DNA of 64,000 nucleotides from an uncultured Acidobacteriota bacterium (GTDB lineage: Bacteria > Acidobacteriota > Thermoanaerobaculia > Gp7-AA8), in contig CAVUKB010000005.1 in assembly GCA_963741955.1 (NCBI GenBank), positions 160,001 through 224,000 of the forward strand. Direction: 5' to 3'. The position numbers and the translations under genes are program-made. Below the pieces are notes generated by a model that was not told where the DNA came from, searched no databases, and saw only the letters and a program-made list of their open reading frames with translations. Shown one piece after another: positions 19,135-28,911 of the stretch. The first letter of the stretch is position 1. Each line of letters opens with the position of its first letter.

Positions 19135-19868
19135 GAGCCGCCCGGGGAGGTCTCCTTCGCCTGACGTTCACTCTGGATACGGAGTGCGTCCTTGGCTGCC
19201 TGCTGTTGGGCTTCCTTCTTGGACGATCCTATCCCGCGAGCCACCACCCGGTTCGCGAGTCGCACCTCCACGACGAATCGCTTCTCGTGGTCGGGTCCCT
19301 GCTCTTCGACGACCGTGTACTCGGGAAGAGTCAGCCCCATCCCCTGGGCGACCTCCTGCAGGGCGGTCTTGTAGTCGTGAAATAGCAGATCCTCGCGATT
19401 GATCTGGTCGAGGTCGTCGGCGAAGCTCCGGTCGATGATCTCCCGCGCGAGATCGATCCCTCCGTCCAGATAGGCTGCGGCGATCACCGCTTCGAACAGA
19501 TTTGCGAGCAGCGAATCCTTGTTGCGTCCGCCCGACTTCTCCTCTCCTACCCCGAGGAAGAGGGCGTCTCCCATCGAGTACTCCCGCGCCTTTCGGGCGA
19601 GGATGGGGGCGCTCACCAGATACGCCTTCATCTTCGAGAGTGCTCCTTCGTCCAGATCGGGAAAGCGGCGGAAGAGGACATCGCCGATCACGAATCCCAA
19701 CACCGAATCGCCGAGAAACTCGAACGTCTCGTTGTCCTGCAGCTCGCGGGAACGTGCCTCGTGGGAGTAGGACTTGTGGGTCAGGGCGCGAACCAGCAGC
19801 GATCGCTCGCGGAATCGATGGCCGAGCCTTTCTTCGAAGGCGTCGAGATCTTCGGATTCGATCGTCAA
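19131..19868 (-). CDS. rnc: Ribonuclease III
   Basis: ALTHKSY, NETFEFLGDSVL, FEAVIAA.YLD, dsRBD DYKTALQE...GPDH...G.SKKEAQQ.AA; TTG start chosen by eye. Confidence 0.95.
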   Translation of the reverse strand: MTIESEDLDAFEERLGHRFRERSLLVRALTHKSYSHEARSRELQDNETFEFLGDSVLGFVIGDVLFRRFPDLDEGALSKMKAYLVSAPILARKAREYSMGDALFLGVGEEKSGGRNKDSLLANLFEAVIAAAYLDGGIDLAREIIDRSFADDLDQINREDLLFHDYKTALQEVAQGMGLTLPEYTVVEEQGPDHEKRFVVEVRLANRVVARGIGSSKKEAQQQAAKDALRIQSERQAKETSPGGS

Positions 19869-20027
19869 GACCCAGCAAGTATAGCGTAGAGGCTGGAGAT
19901 CCGGGCTCGTCGGAGGCCCTGGCTCGGGGTCCGGAAGCGACCGGGACTCGGGGCTCGAGGCTCGAAAAAGGACCGAGGCTCGAGGCTCGGGATTGGAAGC
20001 TCGACAATGGACCGGGGCTCGGAGGCG

Positions 20028-20055
20028 AAAAAAGGCCCCTGATTTCTCAGGGGCC
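20028..20055 (-). terminator. Intrinsic terminator after tRNA-Phe
   Basis: Minus strand GGCCCCTGA-GAAA-TCAGGGGCC-TTTTTT. Confidence 0.85.
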
Positions 20056-20068
20056 AGCGTCATTCGGT

Positions 20069-20144
<76 letters not shown>

Positions 20145-20249
20145 GTGTCCGTTGCCGGGCCGAAGGTCTCCGGCGCTCTCGAGTATCGCCGGGCCGGTTC
20201 GAGCCCCGTGACCGCGCTCTTCAGGACGCGCGATCCGCAGCGGGCGCGG

Positions 20250-20277
20250 ATGATAACACATCCGGCAGACCGGTCAA
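20250..20277 (-). promoter_or_regulatory. Putative sigma70 promoter for tRNA-Phe
   Basis: Minus strand TTGACC-16 nt-TATCAT with extended -10 TG. Confidence 0.65.
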
Positions 20278-20364
20278 TCCCGGTTCCGTTCGTATCTGCT
20301 GAGGGCATGGGATGCCCCGGTTCGGACCCTCCCCCGCTCGAGCTTTCAAAACGGACAGTTTGGA

Positions 20365-20393
20365 TTGACCCCGGCCGCCGCTCAGCTTAGATT
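20365..20393 (+). promoter_or_regulatory. Putative sigma70 promoter upstream of the riboswitch
   Basis: TTGACC-17 nt-TAGATT, about 40 nt before the aptamer. Confidence 0.65.
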
Positions 20394-20435
20394 ATCGGTG
20401 TCGCCGGGGAACTTGGGTGTACCGGCGATGGCTTG

Positions 20436-20562
20436 TCAGCCAAATCCCCGGCGCCGGGGAGCGGGGGACCCAAGCGGAGACGGCTTGCCACCGTCCGGGG
20501 TGAATCCGGCCAGAAGCCGGTAGGGTTTCCAGCCCGAATCCGACAGCTAACCTCGTAGGCAA
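20436..20562 (+). promoter_or_regulatory. ydaO/yuaA (cyclic di-AMP) riboswitch aptamer
   Basis: All hallmark blocks in order: AATCC...GAGCGGGGGACCCA...GACGG/CCGTC stem...GGGGTGAATCC...GTAGGG...CCCGAATCCGACAGCTAACCTCGTAGGC. Confidence 0.92.
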
Positions 20563-20578
20563 CCGGATGGCAAGTCCG

Positions 20579-20616
20579 CAAACGCCGCGCAGATTTGCGC
20601 GGCGTTTGTCCTTTCC
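20579..20616 (+). terminator. Terminator-like hairpin after the riboswitch (possibly bidirectional)
   Basis: 13-bp perfect stem CAAACGCCGCGCA-GATT-TGCGCGGCGTTTG followed by a weak TCCTTTCC tail. Confidence 0.7.
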
Positions 20617-20776
20617 GGCCCTCCCTGCAGGACGATCGTTTCCGGCCCACGGGCAAATCGCTCTGCACAACGGTTCGTCGCGCAGAATATTCTGCAACAG
20701 GTCGTCTCGGCAGAATAAAATTCCGTACAGACGCCTTGACACAGAATAATCGACTGCGCGGAAAGCTGCCACAGGC

Positions 20777-21652
20777 TCAGCTGACCCGATCCCGCACCAT
20801 CGACGCGATCTCCCGCAGATGTTTCGCCGCGCCGCCGAGAAATGCAATCGCGTCGAGCGAAGTATCGATCAGCTCTTCGGTGAGCTGGCGCGCTCCCTCC
20901 ACGCCGGCGAGCTTGACGAACGTCAGCTTCTGCTCATCCTTCCCGACGTCTTTTCCCAGCTGCTCGGGTGTCGAGGTGACGTCGAGGATGTCGTCCGTGA
21001 TCTGGAACGCGAGTCCGAGGTTCTTCGCGTATTGCTCGATTGCGCGGATGCCGCCGGTCGGAGCGTTTGCGAGCATCGCACCGGTCACCGCGGCGGCGCC
21101 GAAGAGCGCACCCGTCTTGCGCGAGTGGATGTATTCGAGGGTGCCGAAATCGAGAGAGGCCGCCTCGCTGTGGAGGTCCACCGCCTCTCCTCCGATCGTC
21201 CCGTCCCAACCGACCGCCTGCACTACCCCGTCGAGGACCTTCCGGAGCGGCCACCGTCGTGGATTCACGGCAGCGTGATTGTCGGCGATGAGCCCGTACG
21301 CGTGGTTGAGAAGCGCGACCGCCGCGAGGATCGCCAGATCCTCTCCCACCGCACGGTGCAGAGCCGGCAAGCCGCGCCGCAACTCGGCGTCGTCCATTGC
21401 CGGGAGGTCGTCCAGCACCAGGGAACAGGTATGGATCATCTCGAACGCACACGCGGCGTCGAGAAGTTTTTCCGGCCGTACGCCCCACGTCTCACCCACC
21501 GCGAGGGTCAGGACTCCACGAAATCGTTTCCCCGGGGTGCTCAGTGCGCGCTGGAGCGGTTCACGAAGTGGATCCGGGCTGACGGCGCGGTCGAGCACCG
21601 CGGCGAGCCGGCGGTCCACGAGAGCTCTCTGGGCGTTGAAGTAGTCGTTCAA
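20777..21652 (-). CDS. Short-chain polyprenyl (FPP/GGPP) synthase, IspA/CrtE-like; start uncertain
   Basis: [48 protein letters not shown]. Confidence 0.92.
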   Translation of the reverse strand: MNDYFNAQRALVDRRLAAVLDRAVSPDPLREPLQRALSTPGKRFRGVLTLAVGETWGVRPEKLLDAACAFEMIHTCSLVLDDLPAMDDAELRRGLPALHRAVGEDLAILAAVALLNHAYGLIADNHAAVNPRRWPLRKVLDGVVQAVGWDGTIGGEAVDLHSEAASLDFGTLEYIHSRKTGALFGAAAVTGAMLANAPTGGIRAIEQYAKNLGLAFQITDDILDVTSTPEQLGKDVGKDEQKLTFVKLAGVEGARQLTEELIDTSLDAIAFLGGAAKHLREIASMVRDRVS

Positions 21653-21692
21653 GATCAGTCCGATTATGGTAGCATCCGAATCCGGCAAGTCT

Positions 21693-24600
21693 ATGAAGAA
21701 TCGGCTCTTGTACGGTAGGTCCCTACTCCTTCTGTGGATCGCGTGGCTGCTTTTTTTCTCGATCCTTCTCGCGATCCTCACGCCGGTGTCAGGCGGCCGT
21801 TTCTGGGCCGTAGTCGGCGTCGCGGCGCTCTCCACCTTCGTGGTCATCGCGAGAGTCTGGTACAAGCCTCTCGGCGTGCGTCTCGGTGAAGACAGCGTCA
21901 CTCCGGTACTGAATCAGATCACCGCCGGAGATCTGACGATCCGCACTGACGAGATCCGCGCAAAGATCTCCTCGAAGGAGCTCTCGGGCTCGATCCGGGC
22001 ACTTCTGCTCAACCTGGAACGGACGATCACCCGTTTCTCCCAGCTCGTCTCCGACGTCACCACCGCCGGCGACCAGATCAGCCGGAGGGCTCGTGCCCTT
22101 TCGATGACCGCCGGCGAGCAACTCTCCTCCACCCAATCGACGTCTCAGTCCCTCGAGCAGATCGACGCGTCGATCAAGAGCGTCGGGAAGAGCATGGAGA
22201 ATCTCTCGCTGAACGCCGAGGAAACGTCGACCTCGGTGCTGGAGATGTCCGCCTCGATCCAGGAGGTGACCCGAATCGGCGAGAACCTCTCCGAATACGT
22301 AGAGCAGACCGCGTCGGCGATCGAAGAGATGATCGCGTCGATCAACGAAGTGGCGACCAACACCGAGAGCTTCTCGTCGTTCGCGACCGAGACCGCCAGC
22401 TCGATGATCGAGATGAACACCACCACCCAGGAGATCGCCAAGTCGGCGCAGCAGTCCTCGGATCTTGCCCGCTACGTCATGGACTCCGCCGGCGAAGGGC
22501 TCGAGTCGGTCCTCGGTACGGTGGAAGGAATGCGCAAGATCCAGGGCTCGGTCGATGAGTCGAAGAACGCCCTGATGCAGCTCGCCGAACGATCCGCGGA
22601 GATTGGTGAGATCGTGCGGGTGATCGATGAGATCGCCGGACAGACCAACCTCCTCGCGTTGAACGCGGCGATCATCGCCGCGCAGGCCGGCGAGCGGGGA
22701 AAGGGATTCGCCGTCGTCGCCGACGAGATCCGCGATCTCTCCGAGCGCACCTCCGTCTCCACGGAAGAGATCCGGACCCTGATCAGCAACGTTCAGCGCG
22801 GGGTCGACCGCGCGATCGAGCAGATGAACGTCAGCTCCGAGCACGTGAACGAAGGAGTCGGTCTCACCTCCCGCGCAGAGACCGTACTGACCAAGATCCG
22901 GGACCTGATCGAGCGATCCACCCAGTCGATCTCGGAGATCGCCCGCGCCACGGAAGAACAGATGCGCGGCAGCGAGAGCACCACCCAGGCGATCGAAGAA
23001 GTGACCAAGATGGTGCAGCAGATGGCAGCCGCCACCCAGCAGCAGTCCATCACATCACTGAAGATCGGGCAGCAGACCTCGGTCGTGCGCGACTACATGA
23101 AACACCTGCAGCGCGCGATGGAAGAACAGGAGAGCGGAAGCAAGTCCATCGGCTCGGCGATGGAAAACGTGATGAGTGCGGTGAGCATGGTGCTCGAGTC
23201 CACATCGATCCTCGCGAACGAGAGCGCCGCCGTGGTCTCCTCGATGGCGGTGATCGAACGGGGTGCGCGAGAGAGCAACTTCGGCGTGGCGGACCTCAGC
23301 CAGATGGCCAACACGCTCCGCCACGAGTCGTCGCTCCTCCAGCAGGAGCTTCAACGCTTCCAGCTTCCCTCCGCCGCTCAGGGAGGACGGGTGGTCACCG
23401 CGACCGTCATCCCCCAGCTCACTCTCGACCCGGTCTACGCCCAGTTCATGGCTCTCAGCTACGTCCAGAAGGCCATCCACGAAAACCTGGTGCTCTTCGG
23501 AGAAGGCGCAGAGCTGGTTCCCGGCCTCGCCGAGCGGTGGGAGGTCCTCGATCATGGAACGGTCTACCGCTTCCACCTTCGCCCCGATGCCCGGTTCCAC
23601 AACGGACGTAGCGTCACCGCGAAAGACGTGAAGGAAACCTTCCTTCGCCTGCTCTCCCCGCAGATCAACTCCAGCGGGAAATGGATCATGCGTTTCGTCT
23701 CCGGAGCCGATGCGGTGATCGATGGAAAAGCGAGCGACGCGGCCGGATTCAGGGTGGTCAGCGATCGAACGATCGAGATCGTTCTCGAAGAGCCGCTCGC
23801 TTTCTTTCTGCTCCTCCTCTCGATGCCCGAGGCGGCCATCGTTCCGATTGAGGAAGCCCGGGATGCCGCCCGGTTCCGCACCCATCCGGTGGGCGCCGGG
23901 CCGTTCCGGGTGGACGAGGTCAGAGAAGGTGAGTTCGTACGTCTGGCCCGCAATCCGTCCTACTTCAGACCCAATATCCCGCACGTGGACGAGCTCGAAT
24001 TCCGTCTCGATCTGAAGAGCGCCAAAGATGTAGCGAACGCCTTCTTCGCCGGCGATCTCGACATCGCTCACGGAGTTCCTCTCCCGGTCGTAAAGGAGAT
24101 TCGCGAAGACCCCCAGCGTGCGCCCTATCTCCGCGACACGATCATGCTTCACACTTCATACCTCGGGTGGGACAATTCCGTCGCTCCCTTCGACCGCGTG
24201 GAAGTGCGACAGGCAGTGAGTCATGCGATCAACAGGAACCGGCTGAACGAGAACATCTTCTCCGGGCTGGGAATGATCGCGGAGTCCCTCCTCCCGCCCG
24301 GGCTTCCGGGGTACGACCCGAACCGGAAGGGCTACCAGTACGATCCGGAGCGCGCACGCGCGCTGCTGCGGAAAGGAGGATTCCCTTCCGGCTTCTCGAT
24401 CGACTACTGGAGATGGGATACGGACGAGTTCTACAACTCCGGCCTCATGGATCTGATCGTCGAGGATCTCGCCGCCATCGGGATCCGGGTCAACGTCACT
24501 CTTCACGACGCGAAGGAAGCGAGAAGCGCACAGCTCGCGCCCGGGCACAAGCGAATCTTCGCCGCCAACTGGTATGCCGATTTCCCCGATTCCGACAACT

Positions 24601-24881
24601 TCTTCTTCATCTTCTTCCATTCGGAATCGGAAGTCCTGAAGGGCCTCGGATACGGCAGCGCGGAGATCGACGGGCAGATCGAGCGGGCACGCCGGACCAA
24701 CGATCCGGAGGAGAGGGTGCAGATCTATCGTACGCTCGACGAGAAGATCCTCCAGGATTCTCCGATCTCGTATCTGTTCCACGACCGGCTGTTCGTGCTG
24801 CACAAGCCGGAAGTCCGCGGTCTGAGGACGTACCTCGCGCCGCCCCCGGTGCGCTATCACGACGTCTGGCTCGAACGCTGA
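21693..24881 (+). CDS. Methyl-accepting chemotaxis protein fused to a C-terminal family-5 solute-binding domain
   Basis: 2 N-terminal TM, HAMP-like segment, [36 protein letters not shown] hairpin; then LDP...PGLAERW...FHNG..VTA.DV, GAGPF, W.ADFPD. Confidence 0.9.
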   Translation: MKNRLLYGRSLLLLWIAWLLFFSILLAILTPVSGGRFWAVVGVAALSTFVVIARVWYKPLGVRLGEDSVTPVLNQITAGDLTIRTDEIRAKISSKELSGSIRALLLNLERTITRFSQLVSDVTTAGDQISRRARALSMTAGEQLSSTQSTSQSLEQIDASIKSVGKSMENLSLNAEETSTSVLEMSASIQEVTRIGENLSEYVEQTASAIEEMIASINEVATNTESFSSFATETASSMIEMNTTTQEIAKSAQQSSDLARYVMDSAGEGLESVLGTVEGMRKIQGSVDESKNALMQLAERSAEIGEIVRVIDEIAGQTNLLALNAAIIAAQAGERGKGFAVVADEIRDLSERTSVSTEEIRTLISNVQRGVDRAIEQMNVSSEHVNEGVGLTSRAETVLTKIRDLIERSTQSISEIARATEEQMRGSESTTQAIEEVTKMVQQMAAATQQQSITSLKIGQQTSVVRDYMKHLQRAMEEQESGSKSIGSAMENVMSAVSMVLESTSILANESAAVVSSMAVIERGARESNFGVADLSQMANTLRHESSLLQQELQRFQLPSAAQGGRVVTATVIPQLTLDPVYAQFMALSYVQKAIHENLVLFGEGAELVPGLAERWEVLDHGTVYRFHLRPDARFHNGRSVTAKDVKETFLRLLSPQINSSGKWIMRFVSGADAVIDGKASDAAGFRVVSDRTIEIVLEEPLAFFLLLLSMPEAAIVPIEEARDAARFRTHPVGAGPFRVDEVREGEFVRLARNPSYFRPNIPHVDELEFRLDLKSAKDVANAFFAGDLDIAHGVPLPVVKEIREDPQRAPYLRDTIMLHTSYLGWDNSVAPFDRVEVRQAVSHAINRNRLNENIFSGLGMIAESLLPPGLPGYDPNRKGYQYDPERARALLRKGGFPSGFSIDYWRWDTDEFYNSGLMDLIVEDLAAIGIRVNVTLHDAKEARSAQLAPGHKRIFAANWYADFPDSDNFFFIFFHSESEVLKGLGYGSAEIDGQIERARRTNDPEERVQIYRTLDEKILQDSPISYLFHDRLFVLHKPEVRGLRTYLAPPPVRYHDVWLER

Positions 24882-24911
24882 GGCGGCACGCCTCACCCGC
24901 CGTACACCGCC

Positions 24912-25817
24912 ATGCAACGATCGGTACTCCGCGTCCACGCGGCACTCGGCACCGTCGCGCTTCTCTTCTCGATCAACTACGTCGTGGCGAAGATCGCCCT
25001 TCGGGAGATCGATCCGCTGGCGTTCGCATGGCTGCGGGTGGTCGGCGCCGCGGCGTTGCTCCACGCACTCGCGCGCTCCCGACGGTCCCCTCTCTCCGCC
25101 CGTCTCACGCGCTCCGATCTTCGCAAGCTCGTCGGCTATACGTTTCTCGGCGTCGTCTTCAACCAGCTCCTCTTCATCAACGGGCTCGCACGCACTTCTG
25201 CACACGAAGCGGCGATTCTGATTACCACCATTCCCATCTTCACCCTCATCGGCGCGTTCGCGTTGCGGCTGGAGAAGGCTTCTCTCGCCAAAGCGGCGGG
25301 AATCGCCATCGCGGCCTCCGGTGCTCTACTCATCATCGGACTCGAGGGCGCTGCGCAGCGGCAGGGACGGCTGACGGGAGACATCCTCATTCTCCTCAAC
25401 TGCATCTCCTACGGCACGTATCTCGTAGTCTCCCGCCCTCTGGTGATGCGGCTCTCCCCTGCCCGCGTGATCCGTATCATCTTCACCCTCGGCATTCCGC
25501 TGATGCTCCCCTTCTCGATCCATTCACTTCTGGCCCAGGACTGGAGCTCCGTCCACGCTTCCTCCTGGGCCGCTCTGGCCGTCGTCGTCGCGGGACCGAC
25601 GGTCGGAGCCTATCTCCTCAACGCGTGGGCGCTCGCCCGCATCGAGAGCTCGGTCGTCGCCGCCTACACCTATCTGCAGCCCGTCTTCGCCTCGATCCTC
25701 GCATTCCTGGTGCTCGGCGAGAGGTTGAGTCTGGTGACGGCCGCCGGAGCGCTCCTGATCATCGCCGGGGTCTGGCTGGCGAGCGGTAAACGAAATCCCT
25801 CCCGTTCCGTCTTATAG
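24912..25817 (+). CDS. DMT/EamA family transporter
   Basis: About 10 hydrophobic helices; P.F...A..L.E repeats, YLQPV. Confidence 0.88.
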   Translation: MQRSVLRVHAALGTVALLFSINYVVAKIALREIDPLAFAWLRVVGAAALLHALARSRRSPLSARLTRSDLRKLVGYTFLGVVFNQLLFINGLARTSAHEAAILITTIPIFTLIGAFALRLEKASLAKAAGIAIAASGALLIIGLEGAAQRQGRLTGDILILLNCISYGTYLVVSRPLVMRLSPARVIRIIFTLGIPLMLPFSIHSLLAQDWSSVHASSWAALAVVVAGPTVGAYLLNAWALARIESSVVAAYTYLQPVFASILAFLVLGERLSLVTAAGALLIIAGVWLASGKRNPSRSVL

Positions 25818-25819
25818 TC

Positions 25820-26443
25820 GTGACCGTGGCGACCATCGAACGGCATGATGCCGTCTCTGCTCCCTCCGACGAGGAGTTGATCGGCCGGACCATCTCCGGA
25901 GAGACCGACGCGTTCGAGGTGCTCGTCGAGCGATACCAGAAGAAGATCTATCGTGTGGCCTACTCGATCGTCCGATCGGAGGCGGATGCGGACGGGGTGA
26001 CGCAGGATACGTTCGTGCGCGCCTTCACGAAGCTCGCACGTTTCGAGAACCGGTCCGGATTCGAGACCTGGCTCACGCGGATCGCGATCAACCGCTCCCG
26101 GGACGTCCTCCGGGGACGCCGCTGGGTCTCTCTCGATAGCATGGAAGGAGACCGCGGTAGCGCCGCGGCTTTCGAGCTGGCCGACTCGGGAGCCGACTCG
26201 GAACGCGCCCTCTTCTCCCGTCAGATCGAGAAGGCCATCGAGCGTGCCGCAGCGACTCTTTCCGCACGGCAGCGAACCATCTTCCGTCTCCGGCATTTCG
26301 AGGAGCTTCCGCTCGAAGAGATCGCCCGGATGATGGGGCTCCGCGCCGGTACGGTGCGCTCGCACCTCTTCCGAGCCGTGCAGAAGTTGCGGCGCGAGCT
26401 CGAGGAATGGATGCGACCCGCCGCCACGAAGGGACGCGCATGA
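25820..26443 (+). CDS. ECF RNA polymerase sigma factor
   Basis: AFEVLVERY, TQDTFV, FETWLTRIAIN, EEIA..MG...GTVRSHLFRA. Confidence 0.93.
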   Translation: MTVATIERHDAVSAPSDEELIGRTISGETDAFEVLVERYQKKIYRVAYSIVRSEADADGVTQDTFVRAFTKLARFENRSGFETWLTRIAINRSRDVLRGRRWVSLDSMEGDRGSAAAFELADSGADSERALFSRQIEKAIERAAATLSARQRTIFRLRHFEELPLEEIARMMGLRAGTVRSHLFRAVQKLRRELEEWMRPAATKGRA

Positions 26444-27024
26444 CAGGATCCATCATGACCACTCACTACGAAACATCCGACCTCCTGGAGCACTACTACG
26501 TGCCCGACGAACGAGGCCACCTCGCCTCTCACCTCCGCCAGTGTCTCGAATGCGCCGGGCGCTTCGAAGCGCTGAAAAGAGAGATGTCGGCAGCCGCGGA
26601 GGCTTCCCGAAGCGAAGCCTCGTCCAGGCCGGAATGGTTCTGGTCCCGGCAACGGATGGCGATCCGCCGAAGAATCGAAGAGGGTGGCCGGTCGAGATTC
26701 AGGAGCGGGTGGCTGCGGCCTCGCACCTGGAGCTACTCGCTGGCAGGAATCCTCCTCGTTGCTGCTGCGATCCTCACGCTTCGCTCCGACTTCGGCCGCG
26801 ATCACCGTGCGCAGGTCCGGACCACGCACAGCATCGCTCAGACGACGGAGACATCCTCCCCCGACTCGAGCCGGGCGTCGGCCATGACCGACGACGAGAC
26901 TCTTCTCGGTGGGTCGAGGACGCCCTGGAGCGACGATGCCATCAGCGACTTCCACCCGGCCGTCGAGTGGGAGTCGTGGCTCGAGACAACCGACGGCGAA
27001 TCGAATCCCGGAGGAACCTCATGA
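26440..27024 (+). CDS. Zinc-binding anti-sigma factor (ZAS)
   Basis: HLRQCLEC (HxxxCxxC) plus one TM; ATGA-coupled to the sigma gene. Confidence 0.8.
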   Translation: MTGSIMTTHYETSDLLEHYYVPDERGHLASHLRQCLECAGRFEALKREMSAAAEASRSEASSRPEWFWSRQRMAIRRRIEEGGRSRFRSGWLRPRTWSYSLAGILLVAAAILTLRSDFGRDHRAQVRTTHSIAQTTETSSPDSSRASAMTDDETLLGGSRTPWSDDAISDFHPAVEWESWLETTDGESNPGGTS

Positions 27025-27476
27025 AACGAATCGTACCGATGATTCTCGCAATTGCCGCTCTGGCGACTTCGCTTCCGGCGCAGCAGCTTCCACGCGGGAA
27101 GTGGTGGACTCGCCCCGAAGTGGTGCAGCGACTCGGTCTGACCAGCGAACAGCAGGAGAAGCTCGACGCGATCTTCCAGGCCGCCGCGCCACAGCTGATC
27201 GACTTCAAGGCGGAAGTGGAGAAGGCCGCTGTCGCGCTGCGTGGCGAGATCGATCGCCCCGAGCTCGATCGGGAGCGGGTGGAAAGGGCCGCCGCGCGAA
27301 TCAACGATGCACGTGGACGACTCTTTCAGCGTGAGCTGGCGATGCTCGTCGACATGCGCTCCGTTCTCAGCACTGAGCAGTGGAATCGCTTTCGTTCCGT
27401 CCTCGAGAGAATGGACGGACGTCAGAAGATGCGTCCTCAGCGAGGAGCTCCGCGGCGGCCCGGCGCGCCGCAGTAG
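27021..27476 (+). CDS. Spy/CpxP-like periplasmic protein
   Basis: Signal peptide; LGLTSEQ and VLSTEQ (LTxxQ-like) motifs; GGAGG RBS. Confidence 0.85.
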   Translation: MKRIVPMILAIAALATSLPAQQLPRGKWWTRPEVVQRLGLTSEQQEKLDAIFQAAAPQLIDFKAEVEKAAVALRGEIDRPELDRERVERAAARINDARGRLFQRELAMLVDMRSVLSTEQWNRFRSVLERMDGRQKMRPQRGAPRRPGAPQ

Positions 27477-27599
27477 TCTTCCGTGTTCGTCGGGACGTTC
27501 GGGTCGGAGCTCTCTCCCGGCGATCTGTCTCGACGCGAAGAGGCGGGTCGCGAGGATGTGAGGCCACGCGCGAGCCCTACCCTCCGCTACAATTCCAGC

Positions 27600-28625
27600 G
27601 TGCTCGACGTCGCGTTGGACCAGGTCGCCTTCTGCTACCGGGACGCATCAGTCCCCCTCGAGATCACCACACGCTTTCCTGCCGACTCCCGAACGGCTCT
27701 CCTCGGCGCCGGCGGCTCGGGCAAGACGACCCTTCTCCGCCTGATCGAAGGATCGCTCCGCCCCGACTCCGGAACGATCCGCATCGGGGCCCATGACGTC
27801 TCCAGGATGCGGCCGGCGCAACGTCCGGTCACCAGCATCGGTCTCGCCGCGCCTCTTCCCGCTCGCTGGTCTGTTTCGCACTTCCTCGTCGCGGCGCTCC
27901 GCCGGACGAAACTCGATCGCGCCGACCGCCTCGAGGAAATGACGCGCCTGGTGAACGAGTGGGGACTCGAGCCGTTCGCCGGACGGCGGATCGCGACGCT
28001 CTCCCGGGTCGAACATCTTCGGCTCGTCGGTGCGTGGCTCGAGCTCCTTCGCCCTCCGATCGTGGTTTGGGACGCATCAGGTTCAACCGCACCGCCGGAC
28101 GCGAGGCGACTCACCGAGCGAATCCACTCGAACTTCCGTGCTCACGGGACGACGGCCGTCGCTGCAGTCGGGACGATCGAGGATGCGGGATGGTTCGATC
28201 GCGTGGTCGTCCTCGATCACGGCAGAATCGTCGCCGGCGGTCCTCCACGGACGATCTACTCGGGGGCTGAGACGAGAGCCGGAGCCGAGGCGGTCGGAGA
28301 TCTCAACATCATTCCGGTGCATGTACGCGGCTCGCTGGTCCGCTCCCCGATCGCGGAGTGGGAATTGCCGGATGCTCCGTTTCAGGGAGACGGGACGGCA
28401 TGGGCGCGGCCCGAAGATTTCACGCTCGCCGCACCGGGTGAGGAGTCGGACTTTTTTCTTCCGGTGGAGGAAGCCAGGTTCGTCGGCGGCCGCTGGCTCG
28501 TCTCCGGGATGCTCAGCGGCGGGATCACACTGAGGGTCTTCCTTCCGTACGATACGCGCCTGGAGAAGGGACGCCTGCTCGCTCTCCGCTGTGCAGTCGA
28601 ACGTTTCCGTCTGGTTCCGGGCTGA
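27600..28625 (+). CDS. Degenerate ABC ATP-binding protein (PotA/FbpC-like with TOBE-like tail)
   Basis: Walker A GAGGSGKTT intact; signature, Walker B Glu and H-loop degenerate; GTG start by eye. Confidence 0.75.
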   Translation: MLDVALDQVAFCYRDASVPLEITTRFPADSRTALLGAGGSGKTTLLRLIEGSLRPDSGTIRIGAHDVSRMRPAQRPVTSIGLAAPLPARWSVSHFLVAALRRTKLDRADRLEEMTRLVNEWGLEPFAGRRIATLSRVEHLRLVGAWLELLRPPIVVWDASGSTAPPDARRLTERIHSNFRAHGTTAVAAVGTIEDAGWFDRVVVLDHGRIVAGGPPRTIYSGAETRAGAEAVGDLNIIPVHVRGSLVRSPIAEWELPDAPFQGDGTAWARPEDFTLAAPGEESDFFLPVEEARFVGGRWLVSGMLSGGITLRVFLPYDTRLEKGRLLALRCAVERFRLVPG

Positions 28626-28911
28626 CTCGGATCTTTTTTCCTCGAAGCGCCCCGATCGAGTTCCGCAGCAGAGAGAAATGCGGGCTGGAGGCGGATCACT
28701 TCGCGGGTCTGCATTCCGCAGGCGAACGCCACCGTCTCTGCCGAAAAGGTGGACGGGGACCTCTCCGCTGCGAATCTCTTGTTTCTGCCTCAAAAGTTAT
28801 TTAAAATCGAAGAAAGCCTGCCGGTGCAGCCGTCCTACCCTGCAGGGTATGTGACTTGCAGTGCCTCCGGGGCGTTCGCTACACTGAAAAACCCCGACAG
28901 GACGAGACAAA

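Noticed and set aside
13314-19164. Long opposite-strand ORFs (697 aa, 586 aa and similar ones elsewhere)
   Set aside because: Expected shadow ORFs in high-GC DNA opposite genes with clear motifs
20145-20245. Second tRNA or integration scar next to tRNA-Phe (GGTTCGAGCCCC)
   Set aside because: No cloverleaf can be built, no duplicated tRNA 3' end and no integrase
20567-20749. 60-aa ORF right after the aptamer as the regulated gene
   Set aside because: No RBS, runs through the hairpin, no recognisable protein features; Ribo-seq could overturn this
20595-21718. Plus-strand ORFs of 227 and 299 aa downstream of the riboswitch
   Set aside because: Antisense shadows of the well-conserved prenyltransferase
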